A stretch of 56,666 nucleotides of DNA from Perkinsus olseni (Eukaryota): assembly GCA_013115125.1 (NCBI GenBank), contig JABANN010000179.1:1-56666 (forward strand), in the 5' to 3' direction. The notes beneath the pieces were generated by a model. It saw nothing but the letters and a program-made list of their open reading frames with translations, did no database searches and was not told where the DNA came from. How positions within the stretch are numbered: the stretch's first letter is position 1; the number at the start of each line of letters is the position of its first letter. This document shows, in pieces, positions 12,734-23,762 of the stretch. The position numbers and the translations under genes are program-made.

Positions 12734-14935
12734 ATGCTTCGACGCCCATCAGCGGGGGTACTGCGGGCGAGAGCACGAATGTTTGCGGGCTGCAATGAGA
12801 CGCTCCCACGCGGTTTCGTCCCTCGGCCTGGGATGAAACTGCCGGAGAATCTTCCGCGTAGCCAAGGTCGACCCGTGCTTCCGGGAGTGCATCTTCCGGT
12901 GCCGTCTGGAGAGGCTGTCGAGAACGGCGGACATGCGGTATGCACACACGCGGGAGGGGGCGTGGGGACGCTGGTCGAGATTGCTGATGACCAGATGATG
13001 ATTCCAAAGGTTCGCGTGGAAGCGGGAGAGGATGGAATCTTTGCTGTGCGCAAAGATGCTGTTGATGATAGGGCGGCTGTGAGGGAAGCTCGGGAAGAGC
13101 TGGTTCGGGAATGTGAGAAATTAGCAGCTTGTGATTCGAAATTCGCGGTCAAGTGGGCGCAGGCTTTGGCGAGATGCGACGCCAGAGATCTCCACTGGAT
13201 GCCGGATGCCGTGGCAACGATCTTGGAGGCTTCTGAAGAGGACAGGATCGAACTGTTGGAGGAAAGGAGTCTGGTTAATCGGGCGAACCGAGTTAGTGGT
13301 TTGATTGGGGAAAGAATTGAGGAATCAGGGAGGGCGGAAAAGGGCAGGGACGATATCGATCAGTTGATCGATTTGGGCAGGAAGATTCCCCGGGAGGAGG
13401 CGTGCGAGAAAGTTCGAAGAGCGTTTGATAAAGAGGTGAGAAGGCTGGGCCAGCTGGACCCGGGCTCGCAAGAGTATGCCGTCGGAAGGCAGTATGTTGA
13501 CTTGCTTCTCTCCTTGCCGTGGACGTCCACTAAAAGCGTTGTAGACCTGCCCTCGGTCAGGGCAAGTCTCAGGGCTACCCACTACGGTCTGGAGGAGGTT
13601 AAGGAAAGAGTGGTAGAAATATGTGCGATGGAAAAAATTTCGCCGAATTCCTCTCGACAAGTTCGACCCCTGCTTTTGGTCGGACCACCGGGGTGTGGGA
13701 AAACTACCATCGCGAGGAGCATCGCGCAGGCTCTCGGAAGAAGTTTTGAAATGATATCTTTGGGTGGTCTATCTGACGCGGGCGAGTTGAAAGGCCACCG
13801 CCGAACCTACATCGGTAGTCAACCCGGAAAGATAGTGAACGCACTGATTTCGAGCGGCAGTAGGAATCCCGTGGTCCTTTTAGACGAGATTGACAAGCTA
13901 GGAGGCCGGGCGAGCGCGGTTGGAGGTGCGGGGATGGGCGATCCAGCCTCGGCCCTGCTGGATGCTCTCGATGCTGCGAACGGTTTTACTGATAATTTTA
14001 TCGGCAGCGAGATTCCAATCGATTTGAAGGGAGTTCTATTTGTCGCGACAGCTAATATTTTTGAAGATATTCCGCCGGCCTTGGCGAATCGCTTCGATGT
14101 TGTCAGAATCGCGGGCTTCGTGCGGAAAGAGCAAGTCAGGATAGCTCGGGAATATGTTATACCGGAGTGTGAGAGGGGATCAGGTATCCCGGAAGATACG
14201 CTTGTGGTCGAAGATTGCGCACTCGGAAGAATTGTGGGGTCTTATTGTCGAGAAATGGGAGTCCGCGAGTTGCAGACGAATTTGTGGAGAGTTTTCAGGC
14301 GCGCGGTCGTGCGGGTTTGTGAGGGCGAGAAGGATCTTCCGATGCGGGTCACGGCGGAAAACCTCGAGAATTGGCTCGGTCTCCCGAAGTATCCTGGGAG
14401 CCGAGGTCGGCGGAGCGACGCGAATTTTGCAGGGGCGTCCGTGATCGGTTTGGGCTGGACTGAAGCAGGCGGGACAGTTTTGGAAGTTGAATGCCTTCCG
14501 AGTGCCGACTGGCTCATCACCGGTCAAGTGGGAACGACCCTGCAGGAGACCGTTAGGATAGCAGCAAGTTGGAGCAAGATTGCAAGTCCGATGCATGTGT
14601 GCATAGGCCCTGATGTTTCGGCGAGGAAGGACGGACCCTCCCTTGGAGTGGCTCTGGCGGCGCTCTTTTTGGCGCATCGGAGCGGTTGGGCGCTTCCAAG
14701 TCGAATTGGTTTCACCGGAGCGATCACTCTGAACGGTCGGGTTGAGCGGGTGGGAGGGATCCGCGAGAAGGTGGTCGCGGCGAGTCTTGAAGGGTTGGAG
14801 ACCGTAGTGTTGCCGAGTGGTAATAAGAGGGATTGGGAGGGGATTCCGGAGGAGTTGAGGGAGGGTCTTGAGGCTATTTTTGTAGAGCATTTGAACGAGT
14901 TGGAGGTTTTACTGGAAGGGTCGGTCGGAGTGTGA
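12734..14935 (+). CDS. lon: Lon ATP-dependent serine protease (S16); intronless, probably organellar
   Basis: Y..LLLSLPW, HYGLEEVKERV, Walker A GPPGCGKT, LKGHRRTYIGSQPGKI, Walker B VVLLDEIDK, GDPASALL, catalytic Ser KDGPSLG and Lys VGGIREKVVAA; Arg-rich N-terminus MLRRPSAGVLRARAR from the ATG at 12734. Confidence 0.95.
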   Translation: MLRRPSAGVLRARARMFAGCNETLPRGFVPRPGMKLPENLPRSQGRPVLPGVHLPVPSGEAVENGGHAVCTHAGGGVGTLVEIADDQMMIPKVRVEAGEDGIFAVRKDAVDDRAAVREAREELVRECEKLAACDSKFAVKWAQALARCDARDLHWMPDAVATILEASEEDRIELLEERSLVNRANRVSGLIGERIEESGRAEKGRDDIDQLIDLGRKIPREEACEKVRRAFDKEVRRLGQLDPGSQEYAVGRQYVDLLLSLPWTSTKSVVDLPSVRASLRATHYGLEEVKERVVEICAMEKISPNSSRQVRPLLLVGPPGCGKTTIARSIAQALGRSFEMISLGGLSDAGELKGHRRTYIGSQPGKIVNALISSGSRNPVVLLDEIDKLGGRASAVGGAGMGDPASALLDALDAANGFTDNFIGSEIPIDLKGVLFVATANIFEDIPPALANRFDVVRIAGFVRKEQVRIAREYVIPECERGSGIPEDTLVVEDCALGRIVGSYCREMGVRELQTNLWRVFRRAVVRVCEGEKDLPMRVTAENLENWLGLPKYPGSRGRRSDANFAGASVIGLGWTEAGGTVLEVECLPSADWLITGQVGTTLQETVRIAASWSKIASPMHVCIGPDVSARKDGPSLGVALAALFLAHRSGWALPSRIGFTGAITLNGRVERVGGIREKVVAASLEGLETVVLPSGNKRDWEGIPEELREGLEAIFVEHLNELEVLLEGSVGV

Positions 14936-15479
14936 AGGTTTCCGTTTAAAATTAATTGTTGTTGTTTTGTCTCGTGCAAGGGTCGAGACTGGGAGCGTAT
15001 GAAGGGATCTGACCTCGGGACGGGCACCTGCCGTATGATGATAGGGCAGTTACTGATCGTTCATAATGCCTCTTCCGTGTTTGAGAGGCTCGCGATCCGC
15101 TCTTGGAGTGGTATTATTGAGGTGCCGATATTGATGGATGTTGAAAGGCTTATTCCTACGTACAACTAGGAGGATGGAAGACTCACGTCTCCCGTCCAAG
15201 CAGCATTGTAATCATCGTTTCTAAGCTTGTATCGAAGGCTTGGTGTAGAGCATTCATCCCCGATTCTCTCGCCTGTATCGGGAGACGCTGGCCAATCTCT
15301 CGAGCTTCATTGTGTGGGAACTAAATGATACACGTCTGGCGACACCGTAGAGTATCAGCATAGAACAGGGAGGGTGGGTTGCGGACCGCATCTCAGCCTC
15401 ATCCTGATACTGTACCGGACCGTAACTTGCGGTCGAGCTTCGTCTAAATCACAGTATCGAAATTCCTAGAGTTTGCCGC

Positions 15480-16921
15480 ATGCCCATCTCAAATTCAAAG
15501 ATACTCTCCCTCCTGTCGTCACTGCGGCCGTGCAGTCGGCCGGTCCCCGCCAGAGAGGAGTACATGACGCAGCCAGCAGTTGCCCTCAAGTGGATGAGAA
15601 CTGCTTTCGAGAGGGCTCAGAGGCGGCGACAGGCGAAAGGGGTGGGTCGGGAAGAGCCAATGGACTCCGAGTGTTGATTGCGGGCTGCTCGGGTTCGACT
15701 GAGACGTTGATGGCGGTGTTAATTGAAGCAAATGATGGTCGTAACGAGATCTAGTGAGAACGGTTCTGAAATCGAGAAAGTGTAGTCCTGAGGGGCAACA
15801 GAGCTGATATTATCAGCCTGATAATAAGAGACCCGATAAGCGAAGAAGAGGCAATGGGGCCTGGCTTGCGTATGGTTGTTGAGAGTGGGTATCTCCTCCC
15901 CCTCAGATAACGGATATCCGCTCAGTACATCTATTCGACCTCGGCAGTGGTAGCGGTGTTATTGGGGCATCGGCGCTGCTGGCGAGGCTGTGCTCCAAGG
16001 TCACCTTCGTCGATTGCAGTCAGCAGGCGATCGATACGCTCATCGATAATATGGCCAATTTGGAAGGATACATTCCACCGTGAGGGGGGGCGGGGGTGTA
16101 CCTTGCTCAGCAACGGTAGCCTCCTCGTTCGTGTTGTCGGTTCGTTGTGGGGTCGTGAGGTCGCCTTGATGGCACTTTTTTTGTACCACTCCATTCGCAT
16201 TTCGTCTGAAGTGACACGGCCATTGTGTTGATCGAAAACGTTATGAAATGGAATTACACTTTGCTCGTGCGAAAATTCAGGTGCCCTGCTATGGGGTATG
16301 GTATTGCACTGTCGGTCTGCCGCTCAAAAACTTGTACACAGGACGAGTAGAGAGATACAAGCATGGGTTGTTCAGTCTCTTCTTTTCAGAGACACTTGGG
16401 CTTATCTACCGCCACTAGAGATAGGAAAGTCGTGGAAGCTCCCTATGGAGGCATTGGACACGACCCGGGAAAGAGTCGTGATTGCTGCCAACCCTCCCTG
16501 GGGTCTGGTCCAACCACAGTCCGACAGGCCCATCATTGACTCCATAGTGGCCAATGTGAAGTGAGTGCTCTCTGCTGTCGGGAACATGCTGTCTCTGCCT
16601 TTAGCCATGCTCGACCTGAGATCCGTAAACGATGCCATCGTCAGATCCTTCCCGGAAGATATCGAAGTAGCCCATGTACTCCACAGCTCGCGAGCCCGGC
16701 ATATACCGGCGATTTGTGAGTCGGAAGGTCTGACAGCTCGACGGATAATGCACGAGGAACCCCTAGTCATTCCGGAGTACACCTCCCCAGTGGCAACGGA
16801 TCTGAGATTGACTCTCGCGTCTGCCTGGATGATATCTTTATCGAGACGAAGGCCCGAAGAGAGATTTCGAGAGAAGGGACCGAGAAGGAAAAAAGATTCG
16901 GATGATGATGACGACTTGTGA
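15480..16921 (+). CDS. METTL5: METTL5-like N6-adenine (rRNA) methyltransferase; multi-exon
   Basis: Exon 1 REEYMTQPAVA (cf. LEQYPT); exon ~15906-16078 HLFDLGSGSGVIGASALLA...KVTFVDCSQQAIDTLIDN (SAM motif I); exon ~16389-16560 VIAANPPWG (motif IV); last exon HVLHSSRARH (cf. YSLHKSSTREH). Confidence 0.75.
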
Positions 16922-19684
16922 ATTTGCGTGACTGTTACTGCACGTTTCTTTGATTCGAAGGCTTCTGCAGTAGTAGTCCGTCCACGGGTCGAGATGGTGG
17001 TGTTTATCCCAATGTTCCGTTGCTTTATTCATGGTACGTCGATCAAGGCAGGCTGCGTCCAGATCTGCTCGGGAAGGGGTCGGACCCCTTCCCACGCAGC
17101 CTGTCCCCTTCAAGGGGACTAGTTCAGACTCTGAGGTTCAGAGTACCGGCGCCGATTCAGAAGGTACGGCGATGCGGCTTCCATCTGGCCGAGTCGAAAC
17201 TTTCGACTCGAAAGCCGGCAGAGGAGATCATTATGAACGAGTCGTTCAGAACGACTCCTGGCCGCTAGAAGGTCTTCGGCAGGACCCTAATATCTTCCTA
17301 TCACTCTCATGTGTGGTGATTTCTGGGCTGCCACTGATGTTGTGTTAGTCGTTGGTGAATTGTCCCCCGTGTGGCTCGGGCTGACTCAGCCCGGCTGAGC
17401 TACCAAGGTGTTATACCCCAGCCGCTGAGTTCCCCAGCGGCCCGCTGGAAGCGGGCCTCCTGGCTTGCCGAACACACTAGATTGATAGCGAGACTCGAGA
17501 GCCTCTCGGTAAGTTCCTTGACGAGTCGGTAAGGTCTCAGATACTACTTGAAATCGGTAAGGTCAACGGGACGAGAATATGAGACCTATGGTCTAAGCTT
17601 CATCTTCATGCCATATTTGGCAGCATGCACTGTATGCCATACAGGAATCCCTTGTTTGGGGATCCGTGAAGAATTGACATGTAAGTGTCATAGAAGAGCC
17701 GGCTATCACAGCTGAGCACTCCTGAGATCACTGAAGCCTCGTTTCAAACGAGTCGTTTGGATTCTGGTAGATCTGCAAACCTTGCGACCTGAATCTAGAG
17801 CAGAATGACCCCTTGGGGAATCTGGATTCGACCGTTAACCCCAGTGGAGCCGAGGCGAGGCTAATGATTAAGGGAGGTAGGTCTGAACGGTTACGCCGAG
17901 TATCCCAGATCCACCAGTGGCGCTTCATCGGTCTGGGCCAGAGCGTCTCCCCCCGAGGTGAATCTACCGTGATTCAGCTACGCAACATGTCTTCCCTCGT
18001 GTAATTGTACCGTAGTGGGATGGATTCAGTAGGTCATCGCTGTAACCATCGGTTCCCGTAACCGACCAGCGCATCTTAGCAAGTTACCATCGAAACACGA
18101 CCATGCATTTAACAGTGCGAGTTTCTCGATACGACTTGTCACTAGTCATGTCCTCGCGGGTGTAGGCATCTCCGCCTGGGACCTCTTTTTTGAAGTACTG
18201 CGTATTGGCTCATACCTCAAACCTGATAGGGATAGTACTGCTTGATGTAACGTTCTCCACCGGACTTGACCTCGTAGCGGCAGAAGCTCCATCGGTTTAA
18301 CGGCTGTTCGTACGCACAAATGCGTGGGCGTTGATGCTCCGATCCTCACGTATAAGGGAACAAACGGTGTAAGCTTAGGTTCCCGTGGACAGAAGTCCAC
18401 GGGCTCTCTGGACGATTCATATTCTTTGGGAAACCCCAAGAAACCTTGTCAAACTTACGCCTCACCCCTCCAGAGCACAGCAAGGGGCATTTCCTCCAAT
18501 TGCGGGATCGTATCAAATATGTATTCGATGGCCGCATATTTTGTATCGTGTGCCTTACCAGTCAATTATCATAATGCTAGCGCAACCCATGAGCACATAC
18601 ACACAGAATAGACTCTTTAAAAAAGTTCTAAGATGGATGAAATCAATTATGAGTCTCACCGCCGACATGACAGTTATTCCTATACACTTTGATGCAGCTA
18701 TGTCTATACAAGAGACTCCAGATCGTTGATAGGAACAATGTTGTTCGTGTTGCGACCCCTCCCTTCACTCTCTCGGTGGAGGGGTCAACCTCTGAGACAT
18801 AGCCCCAATTTTCCTTATTGCTGATGAACAGCCTACACCAAGTCACTAGCAGGTTTGCCGATGTGGCGTGATGGCCACTCTTAAGGAACGACATGGTTCC
18901 AATCACCACATCGAGGAGCGAGCTGCCGAATGTGAAGCCCTGCATCTCCTCGTGCATGGTCTGCAGGCGAGCGGCCGGTAGCCTCAGCTCATTCCTTCCG
19001 TAAACAGTGGTGTTGTCAGTCCTGTCAGCGAAGTCACAATGTTGTGCTTTACAGTGTTGGTCGTCATCATCGAAGGGTACCCCAGAAGCCGAGCTTCTGA
19101 AGCCCGACGCAACATGCAGCATGCGATGAAGCAGGTTAAAAGCTACTGTACCTTTGGTCCGATACTTCTATTAGCGAGCAACCAAGAGTAATCGCACACC
19201 ACTAACCCTTGTTTGGAGTAAGCAGAAAGCAAATACTCTGGCTCCTGTCCTCGCCGAGGACTCCTCGGATGCTGTTGACAGTGAGACCTGCCAGATCTTC
19301 CGAGCAGAGCCACGAACGCACTGACTTTCGGCAGTCTGACTGCCTGCGGACCCAGTGGAACTGATGTAGGGTTCCTCCAGAGTCGGCCGTTGCAGCAACC
19401 GTGAACGCCTTTCGTGACTCGAGGATCGTGTGGGGACTTTCACTCTCTTCTGATTGGTTTCGCGTTCGAGTAGAGTTTCATGCTGACAAACGGTTTCTAA
19501 ATTCGCCGTTTACTATCAAGCCTACCTAAGTCACGTCTGTTTATGGATGAGTCCTGAAGGTCGAAGCACGGACGATATACGTGACAAAGATACCTCCCGG
19601 GTTGGGCGGCTTCTAACACCTACTAGCGCCTGTCTAGCGGAACTGCAACGGAGTCATGACGAGCGAATCCTTCTACTTCAAAAG

Positions 19685-20990
19685 ATGGAGGAAGTGAGAG
19701 GCTCTGGAAACCAGTTTTGATTTTGAATCTTTGCTGAGTAGCATCTTGTGCGGGATCTCGCATTCGCCTTCTGATAATCGTTAATAGTGAGGATTGAATA
19801 CGCTTTTCAGGAGCTGCTGGAATCGGAGCAGCGGTACGGCAGTAGGCCTAGGAAATCGGAACCGGAAGCGGTGGTAGGCTGGAGGGTCGTCTCTACTGGG
19901 TAGCGCGACATCGCAACTCGACTCAAGATGGCTACGTTGGTAACCGACCTCTTCTCTACGAGTAGTGATAATGCGGTAGCTATCGGCAGAGCTAGAACAT
20001 CTTGCGCTCTTGCTATTCCTCTACGATTCAGTATTTAAGTCCCTAACAGAACTTTTCAGGAGCAGACGTGTGACAGGAGCCGAGGCGCTGTTATGCGATC
20101 CGAAGTAGCGATTAATGGGAGGGTTTGCAGCTCCTCTATTGAAGTGCCTCCAGGCAACACCGTCCGTGTCTCGAGCAGACTCGCTGAAGGAAAGGCTGGA
20201 GAAAAAACTGGTAACGGGAACGACTGTCTCAATGGCGCAGACGGAACCGTTGCGAGGGACTCGAGCGTCGTATCGATTACGAGCTGGCGAAGGCGCTGTC
20301 AGAAGCTGACCTCCGATCCGAGTTGCATCAAGAGAGGGAGAGGTGGCGTCTCTTACTGGAGCTCTGTTCCCTGTTTCCCTCAGACGACGCCAAGCACGGC
20401 TGAGCAGGCTGATGGGCCACCGACGAGATGAGCGCATCGCGGAGGCCCAGAAGAGAAAAACGGCGGAGGCAATGAGGCTCCAGGCAAGCCAATACTAGAA
20501 AGGCGCGCGCGGATTTTTTGGGATTAGGATGAACTCAACCAGCTCATGAGAGATCGAGAGGAGAGAATAGCGAATCGGTTGGAAACACTGAGGACCGGAA
20601 AGATAAGCAAGGTTCAGCAAATTCGTCAGAAAAACGAAGCCCGACGAGATTGTCAACTGGAAAGTAGAGTGACGACGAGCAGTCGAGCGTAAAAGAAAGG
20701 TTTCAGGAGTAAATGCCATACATGATATGAAGCGCATGGTGGACGCTATGGCCTCAGCGAAACGGGCGGGTGATCTGGATCGGGCCCGGAGAGCTGCAGG
20801 GGAGGCGGCTGATGAAGCTTGGAAGAGGCTCGTGAGCTGTTTGAAGGCGGTGGGGAGTGAACGGCTGTCATCTCAGGCGGGCAGTCGCAGGTCAAGACAA
20901 TCAGCGTTGATTTCGAGGAAGGGTCATGTAAGCTGGCTCGATATGAGAGGCAAAGATACGTTGTTGTGTGACAGTCCCGAGCTTCCCTAG
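19685..20990 (+). CDS. Hypothetical coiled-coil protein; multi-exon, boundaries approximate
   Basis: Short charged helical exons (ELLESEQRYG, RDIATRLKMATL, ADSLKERLEKKL, RIDYELAKALSEADLRSELHQERER, RRDERIAEAQKRKTAEAMRLQ, MKRMVDAMASAKRAG) flanked by splice sites. Confidence 0.5.
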
Positions 20991-21619
20991 CTGCTCCTGC
21001 CAACGCGGGAAGGCGCGTCACCGATGTGCTCGGAGAGGGAACACAGAATGCGCGGGAGCGCGGTCAGCAGCATGAGGTCGTCTCGGAGGAATGCGCGTCA
21101 TGCTTCGACCCCATTCAGGAGGCCTTCGAGGAAGAGCTAAAGAGGTCCGTTGGTGTTCGTTTGCCTTCTTCATTACAGAAACTAGTCTTAGGTATTTGAC
21201 TGGTATGAGACTGAATGCATCATGAACTTTCTGTTGCTCTACATCTTCGTGTTGAGTTCCACCCGTTATATTGTGCAACTTGTCGCCTCGGCAACTCCTT
21301 GGGTTGCCGGTTGCGTCGCGAAGAGCACTGCCGATCGGACACGTGATAACAGAAGGCCGACATGGACGGACCGAGATGAGTTGGTGGTCACTCTTGCGGC
21401 GGTTTTATTGCAGTTTACAACAACACCACGAGAACTTTCCGTAGCCACAACGCGTTGGCCTTTCAACTCGATCTACACCTTGCTAAGCATTGAACTCACA
21501 ACACAACCATGAACACCAGTTTACAGCATAATTAACAACAACATCATGAGTATGATCAGTCTAATAGTGTTAGAGCGTATCTTGCTTTCTGTCAAAGGCG
21601 AGGTCAACCAAGTGACTCG

Positions 21620-22561
21620 TCACTGCAGTGTTAACGTGACCTTCCCACCGACCCCATCACCAGTATCCTCGCCGAGTTCAATGGTCCATCGGTCGACCCC
21701 TACAACGCAAATAAGAATATTGTCGAGTCGTATCGGGTATATTTTGATAATCGCCTCGGCCGTGGCAAGGTCGGGAGTGAGCGTTAACGACAGTCTTTCG
21801 CGAAGCTTGGCCGTGGAGGGCTGCCAGAAGAGGAAGCATCGCCTCGAGCCAAACTTAACGGGCCGGACGGGAAGCGGGGGAAGGTTGATGAATGCTAGAT
21901 CATCCGTAGACGCGAAGGCGAGGGCAATTCGTCCAATGAAAATCCTTTCGGTGGCATCCCAGTGTCCAGCCATGGAAACCATGCCGGACCAGGCATAAGC
22001 AACTTTGTAAAAGTTGAGAGGATATTCTGTTACCAACTTTTTCTCATCTTTCTCGATGGCTCTCACCGATGGTCGTGTGACTTCCTCAGCAGGTTGAGAG
22101 ATGGTTAGAAAGACAGCACACCCGATGTTGATTGAGTCGGGCAGTCGATCGAATTGGTAGAACATGAGCAGCTTCCCGTCATACATACAGAACAGGTTCG
22201 ACGGTTTCTCCGCCATCGCGTAGGAATGCTCGTCTTTGCTCTTCAGTTGCGGCGGGGAGAGGACTTCCTTCTCAATGTAGAAGCAGGAGCCAGTGGGACC
22301 CATCAGATTCGCAAGTGCACCATCGTTGTACGGCGTGATGGTGCCGGACGCGAGAACAGAATCTGAACCGTTTCGATAAGAGGCGACCACGACACCGATC
22401 TCGGGAACCACGGCATAGCCGAGAGAGACAGCGTTCATCTCCGGCCAGCAAGTTGCTGTGAACCAATTCTGAAGTCCAACATAAACACCAGGAGGTAGGT
22501 TGATTTCGGCATATGCGGAAATAAAGATTCCTCCAGCCGCTAGCTCGACGATCTTAAGCAT
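21620..22561 (-). CDS. Intronless hypothetical secreted protein (lineage-specific type)
   Basis: Long uninterrupted ORF (21620-22657); second Met at 22561 begins a signal-peptide-like MLKIVELAAGGIFISAYA; no known domain recognised. Confidence 0.6.
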   Translation of the reverse strand: MLKIVELAAGGIFISAYAEINLPPGVYVGLQNWFTATCWPEMNAVSLGYAVVPEIGVVVASYRNGSDSVLASGTITPYNDGALANLMGPTGSCFYIEKEVLSPPQLKSKDEHSYAMAEKPSNLFCMYDGKLLMFYQFDRLPDSINIGCAVFLTISQPAEEVTRPSVRAIEKDEKKLVTEYPLNFYKVAYAWSGMVSMAGHWDATERIFIGRIALAFASTDDLAFINLPPLPVRPVKFGSRRCFLFWQPSTAKLRERLSLTLTPDLATAEAIIKIYPIRLDNILICVVGVDRWTIELGEDTGDGVGGKVTLTLQ

Positions 22562-23762
22562 GTTGTGTGAGCCGGAAAGGAACTGAACTGACTTCGTACG
22601 ACTTTCGCTCTCATGAATCAGAGTCCCTCGCAAACTTCCTAAGTAAACGAATACCATCAGAACAACAACAAACCCAGAAAGAGATAATTACGATATAATC
22701 GTCCTCAGTGAGTTTGATGATGATAATAAGTAACAGCAATCAGACTACATCAGTGTCGATTACGAGACCTTCCGCGAGGATATCCCGCGGGCGAAAGCCC
22801 TCGCTAGAAATCCGAGAACTTGTCCCAGATCTGGCTCGCAAAGCCCGAGACTGATGTTCACACGTCCACCGCTTTTCTGATGCTCAGAAGAGACTGTGAA
22901 TTTCAGAATATTTTTAACGGCGGACGAATTGCAGGAAAACGACGACCAATCGGGAACCAGCGAGCGCCGACTCATCACGGGGCGGCAAACCTTCAGTACT
23001 GCACAAACTCAGTAGTAGAACTGTTCCCGACGAGACTCGGAAATACTGGCGTGCGATAAGAATCCTATTGACCGGCGAGTACCGCAAGCAGGAGTACTGA
23101 GAGAGCACAGATCGCTAATGGCCATTGGTGGTTATAACGGAGGCAATCTCAGCCCTTTTGCAAAAGAGAGTTCGGCGCTGAGAGCCGCGAGAAAACAGTG
23201 ACTCCAGATCGGATCGTTTGTCGGTCATGCGCAGGCGTACCCGAAGGAATTGCAAGATAGCAAGAATCACAGTCTATCGCACAGACAGGATTCGACCAGC
23301 GCGCGTCCTATTTCGTTATTGATGTTGTTGCACGCATGAACAGTCCACGAGATTGGGGCTCATCGCTGTCTGTGAGTGTCTGAGATCCGGAGTTACTCAC
23401 GCTTCAGGATTCGCCCCTACCAGTCGGACTGGAAGAGTTCGGATATTCTCCTGAGTTCGAGAACGCTCATTCGCCCGTTAAATTCAAGTCTGGCAGAGGC
23501 AACAGTCTGGGTGTTCAATAGTAGACCTTCTCCGAGCGCCAATATCCCTTCCGGGATCGTCTTTCATCATACGTTAAATTTAACCCTGCGAACCCTCCTG
23601 AAGAGAGGTCCATCGAAGCCAGTTGTTTTGTTTTCGGAGCTTCCTCACTCCCCGAAATCGGTCAACTTCGGTTAATAGGTGCGGATTACCACTGCTGCTG
23701 ACGATCTCTTCGCATGAGTTATCACCAGATTGTAGTTCCTGTTTTGTTAGTTTCTCTGTAAA

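Noticed and set aside
12699-15027. Several long antisense ORFs over Lon (and 52533-53309 over the PNUTS-like exon)
   Set aside because: These are shadows of GC-rich coding sequence on the opposite strand with no recognisable motifs.
17700-19450. Minus-strand ORF fragments as a gene or retroelement
   Set aside because: No RT, integrase, gag or other motif was recognised, and I could not build a consistent exon chain.
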